Assembly: GCA_038153405.1 (NCBI GenBank)
Contig: JAYOYH010000064.1
Location: 1-21,132 of the forward strand
Length of the DNA: 21,132 bases
Source: Gemmatimonadota bacterium
GTDB taxonomy: Bacteria; Latescibacterota; UBA2968; UBA8231
Direction: 5' to 3'
Below the pieces are notes generated by a model. The model searched no databases and was not told where the DNA came from. It was given only the letters and a program-made list of their open reading frames with translations. Below, piece after piece: positions 9,077-18,254 of this stretch. How positions within the stretch are numbered: the first letter of the stretch is position 1; each line of letters begins with the position of its first letter. The position numbers and the translations under genes are program-made.

Positions 9077-10306
9077 CTAGTGTGAAGCAGTGTGCAGTGA
9101 GCGCACTTGCTGCGCTATACGCTCTACGTCGCTCGAGGTTAAATCCAGTATACTATACACTTTGGGACTGCTGATGGGAAGCGTTTCCGTCGTCTCTTCA
9201 TCCTGCTCAAGATGGTGAGATAGGGCGTTGGCTAAGTGGATTAGGCAAGCCAATTTTTTGTCTATGCTGGCGTTGGTCGGCTGGTGGTGATAGCGCACGG
9301 CTTCGCAGATTCTGGGCGGCAGGTTCCACAATTCCGCCGCGTAGCCACCAATTTCCGCATGGTCCGTTCCCAGCACCTCGCGTTCCACAGCGCAAATATC
9401 CTTTCCTTGACTCAGTTTGTCCTGCACCTCGTCGTAGCGAGTGGCGGCAAAGCGCGCCAGGATGAGCTTGCCCAGATCGTGCATCGTCCCGGCGAATAGA
9501 GCGGTTTCCTGCATGGAGCGATCGCCATTTTGGATGCGGGCAATGTGGCGGGCTACAAAGCCACACGACAGCGAGTGTTGCCAGAGCTGGTCGTTGTTAA
9601 AATTGGCCGACTTGTTGTTGGCCAACTGCTGAAAGGCACCGGTGGCCAGCACGAGGTTCTGCACGAAGTCCAGTCCCAGCACGAAAATGGCACGGCTAAT
9701 CGTTTCTACGCTGCGCCGCTGGCCAAAGAACGTGGAGTTAGACACCTGCAGCAGACGAGTGGCCAGCGGGGGGTTTTGGTTGATGGCATCGGCGACGACA
9801 TCAGCCGACTTTTCTCTCGCTTCGTTGAGCGCCTGCTGCACGGCTTGGTAGGTCTGGGGAAGCGGCGGCAGCGCCTCAAAGCTGTTGATTAGGTTGTGCA
9901 GGCCGGGGCTGAATTCCTTGGGCGAGCTGCTCTTCTCCAACAGATCGCGCACGGTCTGTTTTAATTCGTCATCGTCCCACGGCTTGGCTATCATTTCCTG
10001 GACGTTGATTTCCGAAAAGATGCGGGTAACGGCTTCCTTCTCGGCGTAGCCGCTGAGCACCATACACGCGGTATCTGGGTGGCGTTTGCGCACGCGGCTG
10101 AGGAATTCAACCCCGTTCATTTCGGGCATGCGCACATCGGAAATAACCAGGTCAACTTCGTGTTGATCCAGCAGGTTAAGCCCCTGCTGAGCACCTTTGG
10201 CCAGAAGAATTTTGTAGCCTTCGCGATGAAATAGGCGCCGCAGCGAGCGGAGAATATTTTCCTCGTCATCGACGAAGAGAATCGTCTTTTCATCAGCCGT
10301 TGTCAT
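9077..10306 (-). CDS. Response regulator: REC-HDOD
   Basis: FVDDE, SDVRMP, VLSG, KPW; HDOD motifs LPPLP, NPPLATRLLQVSNSTFFG, AIFVLG, LWQHS, HDLGK, DHAEIG, WNLP, YHHQP. Confidence 0.93.
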   Translation of the reverse strand: MTTADEKTILFVDDEENILRSLRRLFHREGYKILLAKGAQQGLNLLDQHEVDLVISDVRMPEMNGVEFLSRVRKRHPDTACMVLSGYAEKEAVTRIFSEINVQEMIAKPWDDDELKQTVRDLLEKSSSPKEFSPGLHNLINSFEALPPLPQTYQAVQQALNEAREKSADVVADAINQNPPLATRLLQVSNSTFFGQRRSVETISRAIFVLGLDFVQNLVLATGAFQQLANNKSANFNNDQLWQHSLSCGFVARHIARIQNGDRSMQETALFAGTMHDLGKLILARFAATRYDEVQDKLSQGKDICAVEREVLGTDHAEIGGYAAELWNLPPRICEAVRYHHQPTNASIDKKLACLIHLANALSHHLEQDEETTETLPISSPKVYSILDLTSSDVERIAQQVRSLHTASH

Positions 10307-12105
10307 ATTGTGTCCTTCGCATTCTGAGGAATTTTTATGGTGAAAGTGGTTCCCACGCCCACCGCGCTGTCGACCAGAATCTGTCCGCCGTGCAGCGACG
10401 CGATGGTGTGGTAGGCGAGGCTGAGGCCCATGCCGGTGCCACTGCCGACGTCTTTGGTTGTAAAGAATGGTTCAAAAATACGCTGTTTTACCTCTGGGGT
10501 CATCCCCTTGCCGGTATCGCTAATTTCGATGCAGATGGAATCCCCTTGCCGATAGGTTCGCAGCGTGATGGTGCCGCGTTCTTCAATGGCCTGTGCGGCG
10601 TTGAGCAAGAGGCCCATAAAGACTTGGTTGAGCTCGCGTGGATAGCAAATACATTCGCCGACTTGGCCGTATTCCTTGTGCACGGTGGCCTTTTTACCGA
10701 TTTCACCAGCGGCTAAGCTGAGCGTCTTGTCGAGGTTTGAATTGATGTCGACGGGCGCTTTCTCATCGCGGTCGACGTGCGAGAAATCGCGCAGATTGGC
10801 GACGATATCGCGCACGCGCTCCAATCCTTCGCGCGACTCGCGTATCAATTCATCAATGTCGGATAGCACGTAGTCGATGCCGGACGTGCTGCGCTGGCTA
10901 CCCACGTAGTCGAGCAGGGCACGGGCTTCTTTCTCGTCGCCTTCCTTTAGATGCTGTTCCAGCGTTTGGTAGGTCTCGATAAGCGCAGATAGGTCGCGCG
11001 CATACTCTTCCAACGCGTTGAAATTGCTAAAAATAAACCCCAGCGGATTGTTGAGTTCGTGGGAGAGGCCGGCGGCTAACTGGCCGATGGATGCCATTTT
11101 TTCGGCCTGCAGCATCTGCACTTGGTTTGGCTCCGATGGCCGGTTGGTCCGTTCCGGTTCTGCTCGGCGCTTGGCTTGTGTATCGTCGCTATCCGGGAAA
11201 AAGGTCGTCTCGCAGCCGTAGATGTCGACGCACTGGTCTTCTTCGCGCGGGACTAGCGTAAGCACGTAGGTGCGCTTATCGTCGCCAACCAGAGCTACTT
11301 CCGTGCTCTGGCGACTGGCAAATGCGGAGGCCACCTTGAGTTGCCAAGCGTCGGGAATGAGTGCGTCGACCTGGGTTTTCCAGCCGTTGAAGAGGGGGGT
11401 CGCTGCGGCGTTGGCATAGAGCAGCAGGCCGTCTTTTGATATGCGCATTAGTGGATGGGGGCTATCCCTGGAAAAGCGGGCGAGGAGTTCCAAGTCGACG
11501 TCGCTTCTGGCGTTGGCATGTACCTCGTTGCGGGGCGGTCGCGTTCTGTAGGGTGGGGTCGGACGGGTATTTAGACGCCGGGGAGCCCAAAGCAGATAGG
11601 CGAGGGTGGCCGAAAAGAGCGCAGCCAACGCGGCGATGGGCGCGGCTTCTTGTAGGGAGCTACCCTGCTGGCTGCGCACGGAGAGGAAGAGCGATCCCCG
11701 CAGCCGGTCGTCGGGATCGATGGGTTCGAACAGAAAGGTATAGCCGTCGCTGGTGTAGTGGCCCTGGGGAATGGCGCGCTCGGGTATGCGCTGGGCGTCG
11801 TCTGCCTCATTGGCGCAGGTGGCCACTCGCGTGCCGTCGGCCGCGTAGAGCGCCGCTGACGCAACGTGCGGTTGCTTAGCGCATTCGGCATCAAAGAGCG
11901 CGTCAACCTGGTTCGGGGCGGTGGTTGACGCGCGCACATCGGGAGGTCTAAATCGATGCGCAGCCGCGTAGAGTCGCTGGAGCTCGCGTTCGTCGGATGC
12001 GGACAACCCGCCGTAGAAGAACGCGATACTGGCCACTAGACAGACCAGACCAAGGGCCGTCAATAAGGGTCTGGCCTGCTTGCTTAACTCTGCGAGTCTT
12101 GCCAT
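10303..12105 (-). CDS. Membrane sensor histidine kinase (TM-periplasmic sensor-TM-PAS-HisKA-HATPase_c)
   Basis: Start moved from 12213 to ATG 12105 to avoid overlapping the upstream kinase. Two TM segments, PAS-like [22 protein letters not shown]-box [22 protein letters not shown]1/F/G2 boxes. ATGA overlap with the HDOD gene. Confidence 0.9.
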   Translation of the reverse strand: MARLAELSKQARPLLTALGLVCLVASIAFFYGGLSASDERELQRLYAAAHRFRPPDVRASTTAPNQVDALFDAECAKQPHVASAALYAADGTRVATCANEADDAQRIPERAIPQGHYTSDGYTFLFEPIDPDDRLRGSLFLSVRSQQGSSLQEAAPIAALAALFSATLAYLLWAPRRLNTRPTPPYRTRPPRNEVHANARSDVDLELLARFSRDSPHPLMRISKDGLLLYANAAATPLFNGWKTQVDALIPDAWQLKVASAFASRQSTEVALVGDDKRTYVLTLVPREEDQCVDIYGCETTFFPDSDDTQAKRRAEPERTNRPSEPNQVQMLQAEKMASIGQLAAGLSHELNNPLGFIFSNFNALEEYARDLSALIETYQTLEQHLKEGDEKEARALLDYVGSQRSTSGIDYVLSDIDELIRESREGLERVRDIVANLRDFSHVDRDEKAPVDINSNLDKTLSLAAGEIGKKATVHKEYGQVGECICYPRELNQVFMGLLLNAAQAIEERGTITLRTYRQGDSICIEISDTGKGMTPEVKQRIFEPFFTTKDVGSGTGMGLSLAYHTIASLHGGQILVDSAVGVGTTFTIKIPQNAKDTI

Positions 12106-12130
12106 GGGGCAAGGGCGAGAAAGGCGCGCA

Positions 12131-13405
12131 TTAATCTTTGGGAATTTTAATGGTGAACGTCGTACCCTGGCCCGGTTCGCTATCGACCAACAGCTGCCCG
12201 CCGTGCTTTTCAACGACGATTTGATAGGCCATGCTCAGCCCCAGACCTGTTCCCTCGCCCACCTTCTTAGTGGTGAAGAAAGGTTCAAAAATACGCTTTT
12301 GCACTTCCGGCGGCATGCCGTGACCGTCGTCGGTAATTTCCACACATACGTGATGTTCTTCCTCGTAGGTGCGAATGCGTATTAGGCCCCCTTCGTCAAT
12401 GGCGTGTCCCGCGTTGACCAACAGGTTCATAAAGACCTGGTTGAGCTCTTGCATAAAGCAGGATACTTGAGCTATGGGGCCGTACTGCTTGTCGATCGTC
12501 GCCTTGTACTTGAGTTCGTTCCAAACGATATTGAGCGTACTCTCAATGCCCGCGTTGATATCGGCGTGCATTTTTTCTTCGCGACCCACGTGAGAGAATT
12601 CTTTTAGGTTGAGGACGATTTTGCGCACGCGGTCGGCACCTTCGCGCGACTCGCGCACGAGATCGTCTATGTCGTTCAATAAATACGACAAATCGATGCG
12701 CTCTTTTTCGCTCACGACCGCCGCTAAACGCTCGTTTGCAGCAGCGGTATCGCCGCCTTTAACGGCGCCCTCTAGCGCGCCATAGGCGTTGATCAGGCTG
12801 GTAATGTCTTCCATGTATTCGGCCAGCGTGCCTAGGTTGCTGTATATAAATCCCATCGGGTTGTTGATCTCGTGTGCCACGCCAGCAGCCAGTTGGCCAA
12901 TGGAGGCCATCTTTTCCGACTGCAGTAACTGCGACTCGAGGAGCTTGTAAGTAGATAGGTCGAGCGCAACGCAGACCACGCCCGTAAGCTGGTTGTCGGC
13001 ATAGAGTCCAGAGCTCGAAAAGAGCACGGGAATGGAATCGCCCGTTTTGGTGCGGTACTTGGCCTCGTTGCGCGGGGCTGCATTGGTCAAATCGGCCACC
13101 GCTCCCAAGTCTATGCTGTTGTCGGGCGCGCCGAGAACCGTGAGCGGCTGTCCGAGCAGCTCTGCGCGCTCGTAGCCGAGCATGTCGAGCGTGGTCTCGT
13201 TAGCCGATTGGATCATGCCTCGAGCATCGGCGACGACGAGGCTCGAGAGCATTGAGTTGATCACGTTTTCGAAGTCGTCGCGCGTTTTCTCCGCCTGTTG
13301 ATTGGCCACGGCAAGCAGGTGGCTTTTTTCCTCAATTTCCTGCTGTAAAAGCTGGATTTTTTCTTCGGCTTGTGCCAGGCGCTCGGCGAGTGCGCTCTCT
13401 TCCAT
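12131..13405 (-). CDS. Cytoplasmic PAS sensor histidine kinase (HupT/HoxJ-like H-box)
   Basis: Likely start ATG 13405 (GGAG 9 nt upstream) or 13411 rather than 13513. Coiled coil, PAS (LVVADARGMIQSAN ... LGYERAELLGQP), H-box [20 protein letters not shown], full ATPase boxes; no TM. Confidence 0.92.
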   Translation of the reverse strand: MEESALAERLAQAEEKIQLLQQEIEEKSHLLAVANQQAEKTRDDFENVINSMLSSLVVADARGMIQSANETTLDMLGYERAELLGQPLTVLGAPDNSIDLGAVADLTNAAPRNEAKYRTKTGDSIPVLFSSSGLYADNQLTGVVCVALDLSTYKLLESQLLQSEKMASIGQLAAGVAHEINNPMGFIYSNLGTLAEYMEDITSLINAYGALEGAVKGGDTAAANERLAAVVSEKERIDLSYLLNDIDDLVRESREGADRVRKIVLNLKEFSHVGREEKMHADINAGIESTLNIVWNELKYKATIDKQYGPIAQVSCFMQELNQVFMNLLVNAGHAIDEGGLIRIRTYEEEHHVCVEITDDGHGMPPEVQKRIFEPFFTTKKVGEGTGLGLSMAYQIVVEKHGGQLLVDSEPGQGTTFTIKIPKD

Positions 13406-13520
13406 TCCCATACACTCCAAGTGCAAAAATGAGGTGCGGTGCCCATCGGTCCGACCGCGAAGGCGGCAGCCAATTGCGCGCGACGCGAGCCGACTGTTGG
13501 GCGGCTGCGCCACGTTAAAT

Positions 13521-13549
13521 TAAAGTATCTAAACTGCGGAAAATCGCAA
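13521..13549 (-). promoter_or_regulatory. Possible sigma70-type promoter for the kinase/RR operon
   Basis: Minus strand TTGCGA-N16-TACTTT in the only AT-rich patch of the intergenic gap. Confidence 0.3.
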
Positions 13550-13626
13550 AGGCAACGCGCGAATGACCGGGTGTGTTGGAGGGCATTGCGCGGAGGAATT
13601 AGATCGACGTGCAAGAGGGTGGCAGC

Positions 13627-13669
13627 CGCGCGCCTAGCGCCAGAGCAAGGGAATGGTGCTAGGCGCGCG
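13627..13669. repeat. 16-bp imperfect inverted repeat just downstream of FapA paralogue 2
   Basis: CGCGCGCCTAGCGCCA (13627-13642) and TGGTGCTAGGCGCGCG (13654-13669), 15/16 complementary, 11-nt loop; no U-tract. Confidence 0.7.
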
Positions 13670-13677
13670 ATGGCACT

Positions 13678-15816
13678 TTAAATGGATCGGTGAGCTACGT
13701 GCTCTTCTTCCAAGTAGAACGCCGAGCGCTTGATTTCCTTGGAAACCATAAAAATGGCGTCGCCAATGTCAATTTCTACGCCAGAGTGCACCGTGCCGGC
13801 GATTTCGATGGTCGCACCTTCGGCAACCTCGGCATTCTTTTCGATCAGCGGTTCCATGTCGGTGTTCACCTTTTCGCGCAGCTCGGCCATCTCATACAGT
13901 TTGTCGACCGCTTCTGAAATCATCGCCTTGCGTGCGTTAGGGGCCTGGCGAATCAAATTTTTCAGACGTTCGACATCGATAGAATCGACGCCGAGAGAGT
14001 GCAGCTGGCGATCGATGGAGACGTCCAGTTCGCGCAGCTGCTTGCGCAGCTTGGCGAGTTTGATAGCGGAAACGGGGTCCGCGTTAAGGCCTATAATCGT
14101 GCCGGCAGTCGTCGAGGAGCCGATCTGAGTTGCCTGAATTGACTGGGCGGCAAAGACCTCGCCGCCGACGATGCTGCCGCCGCGCTTGCCGCCGCCGGTG
14201 TGGACGGCTATTTGCCCGCCGCAGCGCACCTGAGCATTGAAGATGTAGCTGCCAATTTCTATGCCTTCCTTGGCCAATACGGCGGCGTTTTGAATAAACT
14301 TACACTGCACGGTGCCCATGGAAATCAGGCCGCGCGCCACCACATTTGTGTGCTCGCCGACGATGCCCTGCGCGACGATGACATCGCCCTGAGCTACGAC
14401 GGTGGCGCCGGGCTCTATGGAGCCGCCAATTGTAATGGTGCCGCCCGACTCAACGGTGAAGCCCGAGCGCACCGTGCCGGCGATTTGCACGTCGATGGGC
14501 GTGTCGATATTGCCCGTCTCGTAGTCGACGTCGCCGCTGATGACGTAGAGCGGTTTTACGTGTAGCGTATCGCCCGCTACGTGCGCGTTGCCTTCGACGG
14601 TAGCGTAGAAGGCGGTAGGAGGGTCGCCTTCGGCGCGCACGTTCTCTCCCGCCTTGTAGACGTACTCCGTGCCGTCGGTCGCGGGCAGCTCTTCGCCAAA
14701 AATCGTATAGCCCTTCAGGCCTTCAGTCGCCGGGTGCACGGTGGCTAACTGCTGGTCCTCGGCCACGCCAATAACCAGGTTGCGCTCGCGAAAGTCGATG
14801 CTGCCATCGGGTAGGATCGTGCCGGCGCGCTTCTCCGGATCAAACGTGTATTCGATGCGCGTGTCCTCGCCGTTCATGGCTTTGCTCCCACGGGCAAGCG
14901 TCAAATAGCGCTTGCGCTTAGGCGAGAGGCGTTTGGAACACAGCTTTTCCACGGCTCGATCGTCGGTGCCTTGGGTCACGCCAGCTTGGGCGATCATGGC
15001 GTGCACCATTTCGGGCGTCGGCAGGGGCGGTTTGGCCAGCAGCTCGAGGTGGATATAGACGGCGCGCATGGCATCGGCTGACAGCCATAGGGCAGGTGCG
15101 ATGGACAGTTCGTCGTCTTTCAGACCTACGTAGCCGTACGCTTCGGAGATAACGGCATCCTCTTCGATGCGCACGTGCGCGCCGGCCTCAATGGGCGCTT
15201 GTCGCCCGGACACATTGAGCTCTTCGCCGTGGATATTGCGCCCCGGCTTGCCAGGGGTCGGCGGATGGATGCGCGCTAGGACCTGGTCAGGTGCTACGAT
15301 AATGCCGCGCGCATCGCTTTTCATAACAGCTTCTAGCGGCTGCTGGCGTATGGCCGCATGCACGCGGTAGGCCTCGGTCAGGCGCTCTTCGCTTAGGCCT
15401 TTTTCCCACTCGATGCGGCCGTCATCACCGGGGATAGCGTTGGTGGCGCGCGCGATGACCTGATTGCACTTCATCACGCTGTGCGGCTTTGTCAGCGCGC
15501 GGCCCAGCACGGCGACAATCGCCTCCTCATCAATGCCGTGTTCGATGTTATAGTGCTCGGTCAGCGCCTGGGCAATATCGCTCGGCGTTAAATCCGTATC
15601 GCCCCCGGGTGCCAGCTGGGTCAGCGTGGCTGACGTGCCGCGCTCGCTGACGCGCACGGTCATCCACGTGGCCGGTCCCTGGCCAAAACTCTGGCGCTCG
15701 TCAGACGGTGCTTCTTCTGTGTCGTCTTGGCTGCCGCTTCGCTCTAAATAGCGCTCATCTAGGCTGGCAGCGCCTTTGTGTTCGCGGGTGCGCGCGCGTC
15801 TGCTTGGTTGTATCAT
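13678..15816 (-). CDS. FapA/DUF342 family protein, paralogue 2 (two tandem FapA_N domains + beta-solenoid)
   Basis: Same motifs as paralogue 1: LARGSKAMNGED, DGSIDFRERN, AGENVRAEGDPPT, ISGDVDYETGNIDTP, GGSIVGGE. Confidence 0.9.
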   Translation of the reverse strand: MIQPSRRARTREHKGAASLDERYLERSGSQDDTEEAPSDERQSFGQGPATWMTVRVSERGTSATLTQLAPGGDTDLTPSDIAQALTEHYNIEHGIDEEAIVAVLGRALTKPHSVMKCNQVIARATNAIPGDDGRIEWEKGLSEERLTEAYRVHAAIRQQPLEAVMKSDARGIIVAPDQVLARIHPPTPGKPGRNIHGEELNVSGRQAPIEAGAHVRIEEDAVISEAYGYVGLKDDELSIAPALWLSADAMRAVYIHLELLAKPPLPTPEMVHAMIAQAGVTQGTDDRAVEKLCSKRLSPKRKRYLTLARGSKAMNGEDTRIEYTFDPEKRAGTILPDGSIDFRERNLVIGVAEDQQLATVHPATEGLKGYTIFGEELPATDGTEYVYKAGENVRAEGDPPTAFYATVEGNAHVAGDTLHVKPLYVISGDVDYETGNIDTPIDVQIAGTVRSGFTVESGGTITIGGSIEPGATVVAQGDVIVAQGIVGEHTNVVARGLISMGTVQCKFIQNAAVLAKEGIEIGSYIFNAQVRCGGQIAVHTGGGKRGGSIVGGEVFAAQSIQATQIGSSTTAGTIIGLNADPVSAIKLAKLRKQLRELDVSIDRQLHSLGVDSIDVERLKNLIRQAPNARKAMISEAVDKLYEMAELREKVNTDMEPLIEKNAEVAEGATIEIAGTVHSGVEIDIGDAIFMVSKEIKRSAFYLEEEHVAHRSI

Positions 15817-15919
15817 GGCCGGGCCACTTCTGCGATAAGGGCTAAATTCAATGGAGCTCGTAGGGAGATACGGGCCTTGTTTCAGCTAATATACAAATTC
15901 AGGCGAGGTGAAGCACTAG

Positions 15920-16570
15920 TTATCTATTTTTTGTGGCGGCTTTGTACGAGCTCAGCACGAATTGGACGAGCTGGTCGAGTGGTCGGGAGCCGGGGGCTAT
16001 GCAGTCGGCGTGTCGGTGAGTGGGTATAACGTACTGTTGAGCCATGGGATAGACCTGCTCGGCAAACTGGCGACGAATGGCCTCTGCGCCGCGTCCGCGC
16101 TCTGCCGCGTCGCGTGCTAACCTGCGCTGTAGGCATAGATCGGGGTCGGCATCCACGTAGACGCAGTAGGTGTAGAGGGGCAATAGCTGGGCAAAGTGAA
16201 GGGCGAAAAGACCCTCGATGATGATGTGTGTGCCCGGCTGAATGCGCTGGGCGTTGGCGCTGCGGCCGTGCGTGACAAAGTCGTAGATCGGCGCGTCCAC
16301 GGGTAGACCGCTGGCCAGACGGCCCACGTGTGCACACAGGAGGTCGGCGTCGAGCGCTTCCGGGGCATCAAAATTGCAGTGGGTGCGTTGCTCAATGGGG
16401 AGGTGGGAGCGATCGGCGTAATAGGCGTCGAGCGGAACGTGCACGGCATCGGGCAGTGCCGCCACCAGCGCGCGCGCCAGCGCGGTCTTGCCTGCGCAGG
16501 AAGGACCGGCCACGGCAATTAGGTGGGGTGTGGCCCTAGTGGCGCTCGTGCAGGAAGCGGCGGAACGCAT
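15920..16570 (-). CDS. udk: Uridine kinase
   Basis: P-loop IAVAGPSCAGKT, LDAYY, NFDAPEALD, PIYDF, IIIEG, RRLARDAAERGR. Start uncertain; ATG 16570 is the nearest ATG before the P-loop and overlaps the polX 3' end. Confidence 0.88.
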   Translation of the reverse strand: MRSAASCTSATRATPHLIAVAGPSCAGKTALARALVAALPDAVHVPLDAYYADRSHLPIEQRTHCNFDAPEALDADLLCAHVGRLASGLPVDAPIYDFVTHGRSANAQRIQPGTHIIIEGLFALHFAQLLPLYTYCVYVDADPDLCLQRRLARDAAERGRGAEAIRRQFAEQVYPMAQQYVIPTHRHADCIAPGSRPLDQLVQFVLSSYKAATKNR

Positions 16571-18254
16571 GCAAATCGAGCGCGTTGAGCACGTCTTGGG
16601 GCCCCAGCCACCCCTTGCGCGCACAGCCGATGCCGTAGGCCAGGTGGTCTAGGCCTGCGGTGCGGTGTGCATCGGTGTTGACGCTGAGTAGGACACCGGC
16701 CTGATGCGCCCTGCGCACGTGGCGCCAGTCTAGGTCTAAGCGCGCCGGATGGGCGTTGATCTCAATGCTGACGCGGTGTTGGGCAGCTGCCGCAAAAATT
16801 GCCTCGAAGTCGAGATCGTAGCCCTCGCGGTCGAGGAGCAGGCGGCCGGTCAAATGGCCGATGATCGTGGTGGCCGGATGCTCGATTGCGCGCAGAAAAC
16901 GCCGAGTCATGGCGTCGCGGTCGAGGTTGAACTGCGAGTGAACGGAAGCGACGACAAAGTCGAATTGCTCCAGTATGGAATCTTCGTAGTCGAGCGATCC
17001 ATCGGCGAGGATATCCGACTCAATGCCCTTGAAAATGTGGAAGGGCGCTAGCGCTTCGTTGAGCGCGTCGATCTCGTCCCACTGGCGTTTGACAGCGTCT
17101 ACTTTTAGGCCGCCGGCGTAGGCGGCCGACTGGCTGTGGTCGGCCATGCCCATGTAGGGGTAGCCCCGTTCTTGCACAGCGGCGGCCATGGCCGCAATCG
17201 AGTCGGCGCCGTCGCTGTAGGTCGAGTGCAGATGCAGCATGCCGCAGACGTCATCCGCGCGTATCAGCTCGGGGAGTTGGCCGGCGGAGGCCGCCTCAAT
17301 CTCGCCTAGTCCCTCGCGCAGCTCCGGCGCAATATAATCGAGTCCGAGCGCGCGGAAAAAGGTCTCCTCGTCGGCGCATTCGACGAGCTCGTCTCCCTTG
17401 AAAAGGCCGTATTCGTTGATCTTGAGGCCCATATCATTCGCGCGGGCGCGCAGCGCGACATTGTGATCCTTGCTGCCGGTAAAGTGGTGCAGTACATAGG
17501 GAAATTCATCGTCGGCAACTACGCGCAAATCGGCCTGTATGCCGCCGTGCAGGCGCACGGCGCTCTTGGTGGGCCCTTGCTGCAGGATCTCGGCGACGGA
17601 GTCGTGCCCGACAAAGTAGGCGCTGCTGGCTTCGGGGTCGCTCGAACTGAGCACGAAGTCGATGTCCTTGACCGTTTCGCGCCAGCGGCGCAGCGAGCCG
17701 GTCGCTTCTACGCGCAGGGTGGCCGGATGGGCGCGCAACGCCTCGAGCAGGGGCTGTGCGCTCTGGCGCGCCTGGTCGGCGCGCGACCGGTCCTGATAGC
17801 GGCGAATGTGCTCGATGCCCTTGAGGATGTTGTCCTGAGTCTTCTTGCCAAAGCCCTTGAGCTCGCCCAAGCGGCCGTCGCGGCAGGCCGCCGCCAGCGC
17901 CTCGAGGTTGTCAATGCCCAACGCGCTGCGAATGGCGTTGATCTTGCGGGGCCCTAGGCCGGGCACGCGCAGCATATCGAGCAGCCCCGGTGGAATTTCG
18001 CCGCGCAGTTTTTCGTAGGCCTGTGCCGTGCCGCGCTGAGCATATTCGCCGATTAGGGTAGCCACGCTCTTGCCGATGCCCTTGATGTCGGTGAGGGTGT
18101 TGCGGTCGATGAGGTCCTCGAGGTCGCCGTCGAAGTTTTCGATGATGCGCACGGCGTTGGCGTAGGCGCGGGTGCGAAATGCATCGGCACCGCTCAACTC
18201 GAGCAGGGTGCAGTATTCGTCGAGGAAATCGGCTATTTCGCGCGCGCTTTTCAC
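16536..18254 (-). CDS. polX: DNA polymerase X / PHP 3'-5' exonuclease
   Basis: AFRTRAY, HhH IKGIGKS / VPGLGPRK / LKGFGKKT, GSLRR..TVKDIDF and ADLRVV (catalytic Asp triad intact), HFTGSKDHN; PHP motifs HLHSTYSDG, DHS, GIESDI, VHS, GHLTGR, EIN, TDAH. GTGA overlap with the cysQ-like gene. Confidence 0.95.
   Translation of the reverse strand: MKSAREIADFLDEYCTLLELSGADAFRTRAYANAVRIIENFDGDLEDLIDRNTLTDIKGIGKSVATLIGEYAQRGTAQAYEKLRGEIPPGLLDMLRVPGLGPRKINAIRSALGIDNLEALAAACRDGRLGELKGFGKKTQDNILKGIEHIRRYQDRSRADQARQSAQPLLEALRAHPATLRVEATGSLRRWRETVKDIDFVLSSSDPEASSAYFVGHDSVAEILQQGPTKSAVRLHGGIQADLRVVADDEFPYVLHHFTGSKDHNVALRARANDMGLKINEYGLFKGDELVECADEETFFRALGLDYIAPELREGLGEIEAASAGQLPELIRADDVCGMLHLHSTYSDGADSIAAMAAAVQERGYPYMGMADHSQSAAYAGGLKVDAVKRQWDEIDALNEALAPFHIFKGIESDILADGSLDYEDSILEQFDFVVASVHSQFNLDRDAMTRRFLRAIEHPATTIIGHLTGRLLLDREGYDLDFEAIFAAAAQHRVSIEINAHPARLDLDWRHVRRAHQAGVLLSVNTDAHRTAGLDHLAYGIGCARKGWLGPQDVLNALDLHAFRRFLHERH

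Noticed and set aside
12106..12213. ORF-track N-terminal extensions (12213, also 13513, 16624, 19129, 19346)
   Set aside because: They overlap neighbouring genes or regulatory DNA and lack domain-like sequence; downstream starts fit better.
10300..12607. Plus-strand ORFs 10300-10716, 12080-12385, 12404-12607 (and 4100-4432) that resemble each other
   Set aside because: They are antisense shadows of the conserved HATPase_c coding regions; the similarity comes from the minus-strand kinases.
13671..13686. TGGCAC as a sigma54 -24 element
   Set aside because: No GC at -12, and it faces antisense into FapA2.
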